Assembly: GCF_006345805.1 (NCBI RefSeq)
Contig: NC_043009.1
Coordinates: 65,162,001 to 65,226,000, forward strand
Reading direction: 5' to 3'
From: Octopus sinensis
Taxonomy: Eukaryota
Length of the DNA stretch: 64,000 nt
Shown: one piece after another, positions 11,221 to 25,931 of the stretch
Numbering within the stretch: position 1 is the first letter of the stretch
Layout of the letters: each line of letters opens with the position of its first letter
Notes under the pieces: model-generated
The model's input: the letters and a program-made list of their open reading frames with translations, nothing else
The model's database searches: none
Told to the model about the DNA's origin: nothing
Position numbers and translations under genes: made by a program

Positions 11221-12150
11221 TTTTCAGATATGTTTCTGCAGTAATGGCTGTTCCGGGTTTTAAGGAGTTATAGTGGACGAGTCCAGCAGTACACCACCAA
11301 ACAGTCACCATAACCGTTGTTTGAAGAGTTCTGGTTTAGGGAAGACTTTCGTTGCATTATTTTGGTCCAACCACTTACTCTTTTACTCTTTTTACTTGTT
11401 TCAGTCATTTGACTTCGGCCATGCTGGAGCACCGCCTTTAGTCGAGCAAATCAACCCCGGGACTTATTCTTTGTAAGCCTAGTACTTATTCTATCGGTCT
11501 CTTTTGCCGAACCGCTAAGTGACGGAGACGTAAACACACCAGCATCGGTTGTCAAGTAATGCTAGGGGGACAAACACAAACACACAAACACACACACATA
11601 GATATATATACATATATACGACAGGCTTCTTTCAGTTTCCGTCTACCAAATCCACTCACAAGGCATTGGTAGGCCCGGGGCTATAGCAGAAGATACTTGC
11701 CCAAGATGCCACGCAGTGGGATTGAACCCGGAACCATGTGGTTGGTTAGCAAGCTACTTACCACACAGCCACTCCTGCGAAGAACGTTTTTTATTATTGC
11801 ACAGAATCCACTTTTCATCGCAAGTTACAATACGGTCGAGAAATGGATCGGTCTGGTTATGGAGAAGAAGTGACGAGCAAATTTCGTATCTGCGCATTTT
11901 CTGATTTTCATTCAAATTGTGCGATACCCATTTGTCGAGCTTTTTTATTTTCCGATCGCAAATGGTTGCAGGCAGGTTTCTGGCAAACATCTGGCTAAGT
12001 TCTTTTGCCTGTTCTCGTGTGGTTTTACGTAGATCTTTCTCAATGACGGTCTTGACCGTCATCGATGACAAATGGGCGTCCACTACTCTCACGGTCTCCA
12101 AGGTAAATAACGCAGTATTCCGTGTTCTAACAGAACATCCACGCTAAGTT
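11221..12150 (-). mobile_element. Mariner remnant (Hsmar1/SETMAR-like peptide), split by a SINE
   Basis: KLDKWVSHNLNENQKMRRYEICSSLLLHNQTDPFLDRIVTCDEKWILCNNKKRSSQ | SINE | WLDQNNATKVFPKP..VMVTVWWCTAGLVHYNSLKPGTAITAETY. Confidence 0.9.
11377..11779 (-). mobile_element. SINE family A, full length, inserted in the mariner
   Basis: Complete head-to-tail copy on the minus strand. Confidence 0.9.
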
Positions 12151-12166
12151 GGAGATAAATATATAT

Positions 12167-12209
<43 letters not shown>

Positions 12210-12422
12210 TATATGTAAAGGTGTGGATTAGTAGGAAATGTACAATATTAAAAATATACGAAGATAAAGTACATTTATATATAAAAAAAGCAACAATAAT
12301 GCTTGAATCCGTAAACATACCAACCCTCATGCAGACACACACACAGTCATACATCTATACACACATCCATATATATATATAGGTATGTGTGTATGTTTGT
12401 GTATACATACACACATACACAC

Positions 12423-12461
<39 letters not shown>

Positions 12462-13256
12462 ATAGGAATAATTTCAAAAATAAAATAAAAACTAAAATAT
12501 AAAAAATAAAAAAGGTATGGGTAACGTAAGAAGAAAAAAAGCGAAAATGCACATTGGATATCAAAAAAAAAAATAATGGCTTTTTATGAAAAGTAACGAT
12601 AAACAAATACAATTAGGTGAAGTGAGGTAGAATTAAGAGGAATAAAATTCATTATTATGAATTGTTAAAGGGAATCAAAGTCATACCGGTTTCATCAATT
12701 ACAGTTCACTGGCTTTGAATGCGCACCGATATATATATGATGTGTGTGTAGCCAAAATATGTTAAAGAAATCAAAATAACATGAATAAAAGAAATGGAAT
12801 ATAATTTAAAATCCTCTTCCGCGTCTCCCCACACACAACCCCACCACCCACACCAAAGCGAGAGAGGAACAATATCAATAATAACAATTTTGACGAATGA
12901 AAACCAGGTAAAAATTTACGATGAAAACAAAAAAAAGAACGGATGTTTTTCTCCGATATTTTCCGAGTAATTATACCTAATTTTCTTGTAGTTAATATTA
13001 GTTTTTTTGTTGTTGTTGTTGTGGTTGTGGTTGTTGTTCTTGCTGCTGTTGTTCTTGCTGGTCTTTTGCCATTATGCCGCAGAGAAATCTCGGATCAAAG
13101 GAAGGAAGAAAAGTGACGATATTGTCGAGTGTTTTTAAGAGTTCATCTTCATTCGTTGTCGCTGTTGTTGTTGTGTGGTGAAGGAGGGTCCAAGTGATGT
13201 ATATATATATATATATAATAGATATGTGTGTTGTTTATATATATATAAATATATTA

Positions 13257-13309
<53 letters not shown>

Positions 13310-14229
13310 GTATGCATGTATATATGTAGTATTATATGTATATGTATACATATATATACATATATATACATATTATATATATATAGATTCATTCATGCAC
13401 ACGCTCACACATACGGACACACACACTTATATACATGCAGACACAGACACATACATATATATATATACAGATATATTCATACATAGATATCAGTGAGTGA
13501 ATGTGTGAGTGTGCGTTTGTGTGTATGTGTGTGTGCATGTATAGTCATCTATACCTGAATGCGTGTATGCATATGTATACAAGATTACACATGCTTGCAT
13601 CATCTACTTATACAGACGAACGTACACAAACACACATTCCGCGCATGTACCACACGTACACACACATCCTCACACACGCACACACACACACGCACGCACG
13701 CACACACACACACACACATTAGTACTATGTTCTTTTCTCCGATCTCAGGACTTATTGCAATCTTCGTTCCAGTTAAAACTTAGCAGCCAAAATGAAGTAA
13801 TCATGTCTTTTGGAAATCTTTCTTTTCAGCGCTTGTCTTGATGTGATCTCTCATCTATTTCCTGTATTTCATTATGGAACTGATGGTTTCGTAATAATCT
13901 ATTGGGTCTTCAAAGTCTATTACGATTTATTTCTACTTTTTGGGTTTTTTCTCTTCTCTCTTCTTTTTTCCCCACTTTTTCTTATTTTTTCCACTTTTCT
14001 TTATATATTTCGTTCTTCCTACTCCTATTAGCATATCTCTTTTGTTTTTTTAAATTCTTTCCGTATGTAACAACATAAATACACACACATATATACATAT
14101 CTATGTATGTATGTATATATATACATATATACATATATATGTACATACATATATATATATGCATATATGTATATATGTATATATGTATATATGCATGCAT
14201 GTACACCTGTATACATACGTATATATATA

Positions 14230-14274
<45 letters not shown>

Positions 14275-15689
14275 GTATGCATTTATGGATGTATGTATGC
14301 ATGTATGCATGGATATATACATATACACGTGCATATGCAAATAAACATGTATCCTTTGCTATGATGAAGGTGTGCGTGTAAACAAATTTAAATAGTCATT
14401 TTTTTACGCATATAGATAGATAAATAGATATTACTCTACCTCCGGTATACGAGTACTGTTTTTTTCACCTTGTTTCACATATATGTGCCTACTCTAGAGA
14501 AATAGATAGATAGATAGATAGACAGACAGATAGAGTGAAAGACAGATAAATAAATAGATATGCGTGTATATGTAAATATAAATATGCTTGTTTCTATTAT
14601 TTAAACAGTCGTTTTGTAAGTATATATTTATGTGTGTGTGTGTGTGTGCGTCTGTGTGTGTGTGTGTGTATGTGTGCGTGCGTGTATATATATATTTATA
14701 TGTACATAAGTATATATGTCGAAATATATATATATAAGTCTATGTATATATATATATGTATATATATGTATATATATGTATATATATATATATGCAAGTA
14801 TTCACACGCGCCCATACACATATTAAGAAACACATACGTTGTATATATACATGCTCACGCTTATAAAATAAATTAACAGCAGCGTGTGAAAGATTATGAA
14901 GCATCTCTTTCTGAAATCCATTTAAGATTGTAAATTACAGATTTATATCCACACAAGACAATTCCTTTTGGTGAACCAGGTTTCTCAGTGATGGCCTATC
15001 CAAACACTTTACCTATCAACAAAAGTGATTCCGATCTTTTTTTTCTTAAAAAATTCTTTTTACTGAATTTTTAACATCAGCTTATTGAAGTATTTCAGAC
15101 GAACGTCCTGAAAGTTTCAAGAATAAGGAATGTACACATTCAATGATATATTAGGTTTCATCCAACCATATCTTATATTAAAGGTTCTATTGGAGAAGGA
15201 TGTCTTTTATTTTGCTGAACGTGAATGATTGTAGATGTTAATAATAACGGTTTTTGAATGTTCTTACAGTGAATACTATTTAATTTGTTTTCAAAGCCAT
15301 TGTTGCATGTTGTTTCTCTGTGTGCATCTGCTTTCCAATGAGATAATAGTTTGTCTGAGCAGATGGGTGACGGACGAAGTTACAAGTTGATGTTGGTGTG
15401 TATTATGGGGCTGCATCAGTGTATACTTTCAAGTGCATGTGTGTGACTCAAGAAGCAATATTTTCTGGGCAGGAATAGTTGACTTTATAGTCATCAGTGA
15501 GGAATAGTTGAATGCATTATCGTCCCGGTAGGAAATGTCTTACTAGACACAGAAAGTTCCAGGGGATATTAATGAGCACGTTCAATTTGATGAATAAAAC
15601 CAAGGTACCATCTTCTTTCTGTATACTTTGAATGTGGACCGTGATTTCAGGACAAAACTTTACGTGAAAGTCATTACTACTGACCATGT

Positions 15690-16849
15690 TAAATTTGACC
15701 TCAGTCAAAATTTTCAATACCTCGTTGGTAGAAATCACCCGTTTCGATTCGAAAAATTGATCCAATCAAGTTCTCTATTCTGCATCAGTATTGAACGAAA
15801 CTACGCGCATAGCATTTGAAAAAGATCGAAAGAGGTGGAAATCCGTTGGTGCCAAATCAGGTGAGCACGGCGGGTGTAGCAGCACTTTCCAGCTATGCGT
15901 ATGAATGGCTTCCTTGATCATATTGGCGATATGAGGGCGGGCGTTGTCGTACAACAGAAGAGTTTCATGCTGACGATTAGGTCTTTTCTCTTGAATAGCC
16001 GTGTTGAGTCGTTCCAGATGTTGAACAGAGTTCCGCGTTGACCGTTTGGTTCCGTTCAAGCAATTCGTAATGGATAATCCCTTCCCAGTCCCACCATATG
16101 CACAGCATCGATTTGCGCGGATGAAGATCTTGTTTCATGCGCGGTGTCGCTTGTTTACCGAGGCTAAGCCATTCCTTACACTGCTTCATATTGATGTACA
16201 AACACCATTTTTCGTCGCCAGTAACGATTTGGTAAGGAAATCGTTGCTTGTGGCCATGAGTTGAGCGGTGACGAGCAAGCAAATCAGCGGAGATTGTAGT
16301 TCGTTGATTTTTGCTGTTGTCACTTAAAGCATGCCCCATACTTCTAAATCTTTCCCATCGAGTGAAGACGGTTCTCTATAGAAGTGTGAGAGCATTCCCT
16401 TTTCTCTGCCAGTTTTCTTGTCGTTTGACGAGAATTTTCGTGTAAAAGTTGGTTTAATCGCTCTTCATCGAACTCAACTGGACGGCCAGGACGAGGTGCA
16501 ACTTTGAGGTAAAAAATTGCATTTTTGAACTTGGCCTACCAATCACAAGCAACTCTTTATATACAGCACCCTCTCTATCTACAGCACAAATGTTGCAAGC
16601 AGCTTTTGCGGTCTTAGAACCTTGATTAAAAGCAAAAATAGGTGTCGAAAATACTCGTTTTCCTTAACTTGACATTCCATGTTAATGATCTGAAAATAAA
16701 CAAAAATTAACTAGAACAAAAAAAGAAAAATAGATACCAAAATGATTCAAAAATAGAATTCTCGAAAAAAAATAGATTCCAAAATTTAAAAATGCGATAA
16801 ATTCCAAAATTAAAAAAAAAATAGGGAGAACTTAGTTGCCAACCCAATA
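15690..16849 (-). mobile_element. Near full-length degenerate mariner (mellifera-like TIR)
   Basis: Terminus TATTGGGTTGGCAACTAAG at 16849-16831; ATG at 16680 (MECQVKENEYFRHL); QIVTGDEKWCLY, KSMLCIWWDWEGIIHYELL, YDNARPH, HPPCSPDLAPTDFHLFRS; frameshifted. Confidence 0.9.
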
Positions 16850-17803
16850 TATAAATGTTGAAATGTTGCTGAGAGTTGTCGGTTTCGTGTGAGTCAGTAC
16901 ATTGGACGATTAGGATGAAATAAAGAGTAAGTTAAGGAGGGGTGCAGATAATCGAATGTTACATATGTTTCTTTTGTATGGCAGATTTCACTTATCACAG
17001 GAAAAACAGAGTTGGTTCTGTAAGTTCTCTAGAAATGTGAATTCAAGTCAAAATCACATTGTAGTTGATTTGCTTCAGGTCCCATTACTATAAATATTTA
17101 TATAAGTTGGTAAATACATGGCAAGATGTATGTCTTCAAATACCGCAGAGTATCACTGCTCCATGTCAATCTTGATTTTACTTTCATTCTGGGCGGTTTC
17201 ATACCAAACCTGACTTGAGTGATAGTCTCATACTACTGACCTTTGGTTCTCCATATAAAGCATTCATTTATCTTAAAAGAACATTTGTAGATTAAGATCT
17301 AGCAATAAGTATTATTTCACGCATTTCTTTCATCAGGAGTAGATTCTTTCCTTTTGTTTTGCAGGAAACGTTTACTGTTGTAGTCTGAAATAATATCAAA
17401 TAAATATTTGTTGCGTATTTTGGAGCGAAATAACTGGCAAAGAGAGATGTACCCTGTGATATATGTATGTCATGCCACTGAAAACACACGCACACACTCA
17501 TGTTAGCTGCTTGCTTCATGTATGTATATGTATGTATTTATAGATATTTACATATATATATATATATATAACACATAATGTAATATACAATATATATATA
17601 TTATATATGTACATATATACACATATATATATATACACACATTTATATGTACGTGTGTATGTATGCGTGTGTGCGAAACAGCTGGTTTAAACATGTTAAA
17701 ATGATGACACGTCTGTGTTTAAGTTTTATTGTTTTTATCAAATTATTTACTTGAATCCTTAGGAACTATTAGGAGCAGCTGGTTTGTACACACACACACA
17801 CAC

Positions 17804-17852
<49 letters not shown>

Positions 17853-18042
17853 TATACATATATATATATACACACATATATACATATATACATATATATA
17901 CACACATATATACATATATATATACGTATGTATATAAATGTTCGTGAGTATATGTATGTGTACATAGGTGTTTATACACGTAAACGCATAGTCACTCACA
18001 ATGTATACACATGTAGGTGTATGTATGTATGTATGTATGTAT

Positions 18043-18127
<85 letters not shown>

Positions 18128-18271
18128 TAGCATATACAATCGGTGCTGCCCAATGCCGAGTATGTTAGATTCTGTTACAGTTAATGACTTTAAGCTAAAT
18201 TTTATCGAGTGATTTTACTCTGTAATGCTATTTGAGTATGTTTGTTTTTCATACATACATACATACATACA

Positions 18272-18350
<79 letters not shown>

Positions 18351-18682
18351 CTGTAGTTGAAGATTTTTCAGATTTCTAAGATGTATGGAAGCTTTTGTAG
18401 CTGTACTTGTTGATAATTTTAATGTTATGACTAAGAAAATATCTTCTTCACGTTTTATGCCATACGTTTTCTTGTAATTTTAACTTTTTTGTTGAATTTA
18501 ATGTGTCTGCTGAGTTTTCAGGGTCCCTCATGTGTCATAAAACGATTTTAGATAATTAAACATTTTCCTTAAAATGAACTCCATATTTGTTACTTCAGCA
18601 GAATTCTGGTGTAATTGAGAGGACCATCGATTGCAACCGCTCGATATAGTGTTCGACTCTCATAGTAGGATCTGCTCTTACT

Positions 18683-18835
18683 TCCTATTTCTTTATTGCC
18701 CACAAGGGGCTAAACATAGAGGGGACAAACAAGGACAAAGGGATTAAGTCGATTACATCGACCCCAGTGCGTAACTGATACATAATTTATCGATCCCGAA
18801 AGGCTGAAAGGCAAAGTCGACCTCGATAGAATTTG
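18683..18835 (-). mobile_element. SINE family B, 3' part
   Basis: Reverse complement of the family B tail. Confidence 0.8.
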
Positions 18836-19754
18836 TACTTACCTTATGGTAATGCAATCTGTATGTGTTTATCTTTCTTATATAACTCTTTGTTTTTTTA
18901 TTATAACCCTCAGGGACAGTCTCAGGGATAGTCTTTCAGATTTACTAGAATGCAACTGACATGTTCATAATTTTCTCTTGGATATCGCCTTCAAATATAT
19001 TCAAGATTTCGGTCAAGCATGCACTCGTGGAAAAAAACACATTTATATTAAAATATTTCTCATTTATCAGCTTCGTACCAATACTAAGGAAAACATCCAG
19101 ATTTTATTTTCTTAAAGACAAAAAAGTAATTATCAATAAATAGAATCTCAAAGGCTGGGGAAAAAATCAGCTTTAGAGATCACCTTATTAACATATTTAA
19201 ATGTGGTTACATCAGAAACGGTCTACACGAAACGTTGTTATAATTCCGGTCATCGAAGTTTAACAAAAACTGTTTCTACATCTTCGGCACAGCATCACAT
19301 ACCTACATCGCAGAGAGAATTATATCGCGTAAGTGGTATAAAACTTAATATAAATCAAAGATTCACCTCTTAGAATTGTTTCTTGTAGTAGACAAGACAT
19401 CGAGACATTTGTGCAAATGGAAAATCCTGATATATCAGCCTACGTTCTACTAATGTGATTGTTTGTCTCTGGCTGATAATGACAACAGCCACGAGTATAT
19501 GACATGATTAATGGGAAATGTGAAATTCTAACTTGGATACCCAGGTCTGCCGAAACACGTATATGAAGACGAAATAAACCGGCGAATTATAAACCATTTG
19601 CATTTTGAGATACAATTCTGTTCTCAAATGCCACAGTCTCCTCTGTATAAGATCTGAATCGTTCAGTGAATGAAATTTCCTCAAGATTGAGTGTCATAGT
19701 GTTGTCAGGAGGAAGGAAGTGAACAGAATAAAAAAGAGAAGAGGAGAGACGTTC

Positions 19755-19925
19755 GATCTTGTTTCAGTCATATGACTGCGGCCATGCTGGAGCACGTTTT
19801 TAAGAGTTTTGGCTGAACAAATCGACCCAAGGACTTATTTCCGGTTTTAAATCTGGTTCTTCATCTTTACTGTTTTTGTTAAACCTCTGAGTTACTGGTG
19901 CATGAACAAACCAATAGGTGGCGTA
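19755..19925 (-). mobile_element. SINE family A, 3' fragment
   Basis: CTTGTTTCAGTCA..GACTGCGGCCATGCTGGAGCAC. Confidence 0.7.
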
Positions 19926-19973
19926 TAGAATTTCTCTGATTTGAAGCAATCAGTTGTTGGCTTTGTTATTTAT

Positions 19974-20205
19974 TTATTTCTTTACTACCCACAAGGGGCC
20001 AAACACAGAAGGGACAAACAAGGACAGACAAACGGATTAAGTCGATTACATCGACCCCAGTGCGTAACTGGTACTTAATTTATCGACCCCGAAATGATGA
20101 AAGGCAAAGTCGACCTCGGCAGAATTTGAACTCGGAACGTAACGACAGACGAAATACGGCTACGCATTTCGCCCGGCATGCTAATGTTTCTGCCAGCTCG
20201 CCGCC
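19974..20205 (-). mobile_element. SINE family B, full length
   Basis: Reverse-complement homologue of 7763-7998. Confidence 0.85.
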
Positions 20206-20654
20206 TTTGGCTGTTTTATTTGAGTATGCAAAATAGGTTTTCTTTTCAACCGCCGCCATATTGTTGCACACCCACATTGGTCAATATATCCAATTCTTCC
20301 ACTTTTTCCACCATTGACTTATTTTCATTTAAGAAATAGTTCCATGACCGTGTTCTATTGTACATACATACATACATACATACATGCATGCGTACCTACC
20401 TACCTACCTACCTACATACATACATACATACATACATACATACATAAATACACACATACATACATGCATACATACACACATACATACATACATTACATAC
20501 ATATAAGCACTTATATATGTATAAAGAAATATGTATGTGCGTGTATACAGACACATACATATATATGTGTGCGTGCGAATGTATACACCAAGGCACACGC
20601 ACATATATATATGTGTGCGTATACACTTACGCACACACACACATATATACATTT

Positions 20655-20689
<35 letters not shown>

Positions 20690-21190
20690 CATACATATTT
20701 ATGCAAATACATACACATATATATATGTGTACATATAAGCCTAAAAGATCAGTCGCCGGATTCATAAAACTGAATTACATATAAGCAAGACATTGTTTGC
20801 CAGACGTTGTCTATTTGTCGGTTTGTCTCTCTCTGTCTGTGTGTCCGTGTGTCTGTCTGTCCGCCAGTTCGTCACTCGAAGTGTTATATATAATACCGTT
20901 GCATATAATCATCGATGCATATTTAATATCAGTGACGGTGTTAAGTTGTAAAGAAGAGTCAACCTCGTAATGGCAATGGCACCTATCAGAGGTCAGAAAG
21001 TTAGAGCCATCAGTGTAAGCAGAGCTGGACAACGAGAATACGTTCACACTTTACAGATATTATTGCTTAGAAAAGCGGGAGGGAAATGCTACTAAGGTTT
21101 TATTGTCACATTTTATTGTAGTAAAGCGAGAGAGAGAAAGAGAAATTTTTGCACACGTTCTACCCGCTCTCAGATCCGTCTATAGTAGAT

Positions 21191-21470
21191 TACTAGCAGT
21201 TATAGCCCAGCGTTGCTCGGGCTGGTTTTCTTTTCGACCCTTTAGAATTGGAATTTTTGAAAAGTAAAAATTTTGCATTATGTAGCTTGTTATTGTCTTT
21301 AAGTGAACATTTTTCTGGTTGAAATACACAAAAAAATGGCGACACAGCAGTCAAAAAATTGTAAAAAATAGGGATTTTCATAGAAAAAAAAGCACCTTTT
21401 TGATGTAAATAGTTTTTGGTGTTAACATGATCCAATTTGAATTTTTTCTTCTACGAAAGTACTGGGCTGT
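21191..21470 (+). mobile_element. Possible Helentron-associated (HINE/DINE-like) element, 5' part
   Basis: Starts TACTAGCAGTTATAGCCCAGCGTTGCTCGGG, resembling HINE 5' ends (recalled, unverified). Confidence 0.35.
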
Positions 21471-21993
21471 TCCATTTGGTGAGGCAGTTAAGGTTGTGCT
21501 TTACGAACCATTGCACCTCTCAGCGACTGAATCTTAATACCCAGACAGGGGTTGAGTATGCTCATACACACTAAGTGTAATGTGGTGTGTATACACCGAT
21601 ACTGGTGTTTATACACCATATAGTCTACACTAAGAGCGTAAACACCGATATTTTGAAATACAGCGTTCGATGTACCTTTGTGTTTATTTCTTTGTTGCCC
21701 ACAGGGTACTAATTTAATCGACCCCGAAAGGATGACTGTAGGCGCCTATCCAAGGTGCTGCGCAGAATGATCGAACCCGGAACTGCTTGGTTATTAAGTA
21801 AGCTTCCTAAGCACGCAGTGGAGACGGTAACTGCAATATGAGTTATTTCCGAAGAAGACACTAATTTTCGCAGCGAAGATTGTGGACAATCGAATTTGTT
21901 TAACGACTTCCAGTTCTCATTAGCGAAAGTCGATCAAGGAAATATATCTTCACTTTTATGAAAGACAAAGATAAATATGAATAGACACGTGCA

Positions 21994-22054
<61 letters not shown>

Positions 22055-22055
22055 T

Positions 22056-22101
<46 letters not shown>

Positions 22102-22103
22102 GG

Positions 22104-22138
<35 letters not shown>

Positions 22139-22389
22139 GTGTGTGAGTATTGTATATGTATGTATATATAATATATATATATATACATATACATACATAC
22201 AAAGAAACATACAAACTAAAGTTATAACCGATCGCTTTTCTATATTTATTTATCAATACGCATAAACGGATATCTAGACATACACACACATACACTCACA
22301 CAGACACACAAAATTACACACGCGCACCGATATATACATATCATTATTTATCTACACCCACTCACGCACACACGTATATATTCCAATCT

Positions 22390-22694
22390 GCATCACGTAG
22401 TCATGTGATCGACCAGACTAACGGATGATGCTGTTATACATCGCTGGTCACAAAGCGCTTCGCATTGTTTTAGTTTTCAAACATTTCCACCCGGTTGTCC
22501 AGGTGAGCAGACCAACATTCCCTCCTGATCGGAAGGCCGCCCTATTGCAGAGCTCACTCATCTGCAATTGAGTGGACCGAAGCAGCGTGAAATGAAGTAT
22601 CTTGCTCAAGAAGATAATGTGCCACTTGGTCCAGATATCGAACATGCGACTTAACGACCGTCACTGCAACACCGTAACCACTAGGCCACGCACC
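22390..22694 (-). mobile_element. SINE family D (tRNA head, core-like body, shared 3' tail)
   Basis: Minus strand GGTGCGTGGCCTAGTGGTTA...GTTCGATATC...CTTGAGCAAGATACTTCATTTCACGCTGC...AAAACAATGCGAAGCGCTTTGTGACCAGCGATGT. Confidence 0.75.
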
Positions 22695-22706
22695 CGTGTC
22701 AAATTC

Positions 22707-23100
22707 TTACTCTTTTACTCTGTTATTTGTGTCAGTCATTTGACAGCGGCCATGCTGGGGCACCGCCTTTAGTCGAGCAAATCGACCTAGGACTTATTCT
22801 TTCTAAGCCTAGTATTTATTTTATCGGTTTCTTTTGCCGAACCGCTAAGTTACCGGGACGTAAACGCACCAGCATCGGTCATCAAGCGATGTTGGGGGAC
22901 AAACACAGACGCACAAATACATACATATATATAAATATATACAACAGGCTTCTTTCAGTTTCCGCCTACCAAATCCACTCACAAGGTTTTGGTCGGTCCG
23001 AGGCTATAGTAGAAGACACTTGCCCAAGATGCCACGCAGTGGGACTGAACCCGGAACCATGTGGTTGGTAAGCAAGCTACTTACCACGCAGCCACTCCGC
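22707..23100 (-). mobile_element. SINE family A, full length
   Basis: Complete copy on the minus strand. Confidence 0.9.
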
Positions 23101-23639
23101 TCCTTAAGTAAACATAAAATACAAGAGATAACCCGGACTTCGTTGGGGCTGGTTTAAACGTATGCAGATACATGTACATAATCACTTGTCCTCTCTGTTT
23201 CTGCACTAAGGTGCCATTCTGTCGCCACCTGGCCTCAAAATATGCCAGGAACCAAATGATAACAACAAGAAAGTAAAAAAAAAGAAGAAATTACTCATGG
23301 TCCATCCTTTTTGGTATCGGTAATTATAATGGCTCTTAACAACTTCCTCCTGTTCCCGTCGACGCCTTTCTTCAATTTTCAGAACTATTTTCCAAATTAA
23401 ACAGAGGCCCGATGTCTACCTACAACATTCGCGTATATTTGAGACTTTAACCAAATTTTAATCTTATGTAATACAGACAACTTCTGTAATTAAATTGAAC
23501 AAGTGTAAACGGTATATTCTTTATTAATACAACCATCAAAATGGGAGACATTTCTTATTAATATGATTAAAATTAGAAAAAATAAGATGGCATCGATGGT
23601 TTATTAATGAGACCTCTTTTTCCTGAGCTAAGCAAGAAA

Positions 23640-24400
23640 TTTTGCAATATTTGACCAAGATTTTAATAAAAGACGTCGTTGCATTACTTCTATTCATTTT
23701 CTGTTCTTGGTCAACATTGAGGCTATTCTACTAAAACCTTTCTCCACTAGAGAAGGTAAAGCAAAACTAATAAAGATGGCTTCATTCTTCTGTAAAAGAA
23801 TTTCCATACTCCCTTTTGCCGATATTAAACTCAAGCTTTCTAAAATTGTCTTTATTTCGTCATTTTGCAATGTAATCTGACCTTTTTGAACTTTTGAGGA
23901 CACAAACCAGTGTTTTTGCATCGTCTTGAATCCTCATTTTAATAAATTCATTAATTCTTGTCTCAAAATCACCGTTCAGTTGACGTAGAAGGGCGCAGTT
24001 GGTCTTCTGATAAAACCTTGTAAACATTTCTGAAATGCCTTTCACTGATGGCAATTGATAGGAGAACGCAATACTGCTTAGGATGTTGACGTTATTTTCT
24101 GCGTTTATAAGATTAAAATTATTCTTTTACAGTTGCAGTTTCAGCGACGTAAGCTACATCTACATGAATAAAGCAAATATCTTTTACATGTTGGTCATCT
24201 GATTTCTAAGTAGAATTTTAATCAGTGTTGTAAAGGTGGAAGAAGCGTTTCAAAGCAGATCCTTTTAATAGCCGCCGTTATCTTGATCTGAATGACAAAA
24301 TAGGTTAATGTTTAAGGCCTGTGCTTTGATTCCGTTATCAGCAAAATTTACGGAAGTTGGACTTCAAGACATGGACTCATTAAGCGACTTAATGACAAAA
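23640..24400 (-). mobile_element. Degenerate hAT (Buster/Charlie-like) transposase remnant
   Basis: IKAQALNINLF, LRQLNGDFETRINEFIKM and EAIFISFALPSLVEKGFSRIASMLTKNRK (hAT C-terminal dimerisation-like). Confidence 0.6.
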
Positions 24401-25659
24401 CAATTAACAGTGAATGACAGCCATTTACGAATAAATTAAGTATTTATTTCTTGTATATAACACCACACTTAGTTATTAATTGTGATAGTTCGTATAATTG
24501 AGACAATTTACAAGAGTTGGGCACCTATCAGATAACTCATTCATTTACTGAGGATATTATTTATTATTCGCACTTTTTCCGGGTTTTCTTTTCTCGAAAT
24601 TTTCTCTTTCAAATGTAATTGCTTCATAGTTTCATTTGATGCGAATATAGAACAATAAATTCCGTATTATAAATAGTTTATATTTGTTAACTTTGCTTCC
24701 GATATCCTTAGAATATTTTTTTTTATCTTCTTGGAATGTTAGAATTGCTTGAACCATTTTTGCCTTAACTTCCAAAATTTTTGCCTTAACTTCCAAAATT
24801 TGGAAACGAAAGATTTAAGCGATATCAAAACAAATTATATCATATTAAATTTTCAACATAATTGTAGAACTGTTTTAAACATTATAAATCTTAGATATAT
24901 AAAAACCTGAATACACACATGAAAGTGTGTACATACATACATACATCTGGTGGCTGCCCTCTCGTTATCGAGTATGGCCATTGCACAAAGCTTAATCAAT
25001 GTTGTTATCGTGCAATGCCTGTGCAAGAAGATTATTTTTAAAGTGAGGAAAGGCTGTGCACTGAGTCAATCCCACTCACTAAGCAACAGCAGCCATAATC
25101 CGAAAAGAAGAACAAGTCAACATCATCGGTAACCACTGAGCCGCAGGTTTTATGTCGGAGTTATCCTAGTTACCTGAGTTACCTTCTCCTAGAAGGATGC
25201 CCTAACAAAGGCTAGGAACCCTTCACTCCCAATAGTTTAACCGTGCGATTGGGTATTCAGTCCGATTATTTCTATGTCCCCGCGCATGATACAACCGTCA
25301 GACATACATACATACATAATCACATACACACTCACATACACTAGGGTATTTAGTTAGGTATATAGATTCAGATACGCAATAAGCATTATAAACCCAATGT
25401 TGCCAAAATATATTGCCTTGAATGTGATCTGGGAGAAATGAACACCAATGAGGAATTTTGCCTATCAATCCTTATTAATTAACTTTTGTTCGAAGACATA
25501 AGCAAGCAGAACTAATCAAAGTATATGTCTTTTGCTCACTGAAGAAATGTACGTTTAGTGTTTGTGTGTGTGTATGTGTGTGTGTCGTAAATATTAGCGC
25601 CGGACGCAGAATTAATACCGAATGGCAATCTTTATATCCAACTGATATACTGTTTACAT

Positions 25660-25804
25660 ACTGAAAAATAGACGTCAAAAGACACTATTACCACCATAAA
25701 CTCTCCGAGAAAAACATACTGCATAATAGGCTAGTAGAAGAAAGAACCCATTTTCTCGGAGAATTTATGGTGGTAATAGTGTCTTTTGACGTCTATTTTT
25801 CAGT
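25660..25804. repeat. MITE-like fold-back, 54-bp arms
   Basis: 25660-25713 is the reverse complement of 25751-25804 with one mismatch. Confidence 0.85.
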
Positions 25805-25931
25805 GTGTGATGAGGCGTAAGCCAAACACTTGTTATAATTATGTTTATAATTATAATATAAATAAATTTATATATATATAGAAATATTAAATTTCTAAAT
25901 CTCTCATAGAGACATGTACGGTGGTGGGGCG

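Noticed and set aside
12623-12632. TGAGGTAG (let-7 seed-like), also at about 60664
   Set aside because: Only the 8-mer matches; no mature let-7 sequence or precursor hairpin.
15200-15620. Faint RT-like peptide echoes on the minus strand, also near 17000-17200 and 44700-44900
   Set aside because: Motifs too degenerate and, for the first two, in inconsistent order.
24946-25140. Segment resembling a LINE 5'UTR that might hold an HDV-like ribozyme
   Set aside because: Could not assemble the nested double pseudoknot (P1-P4, P1.1) on either strand by eye.
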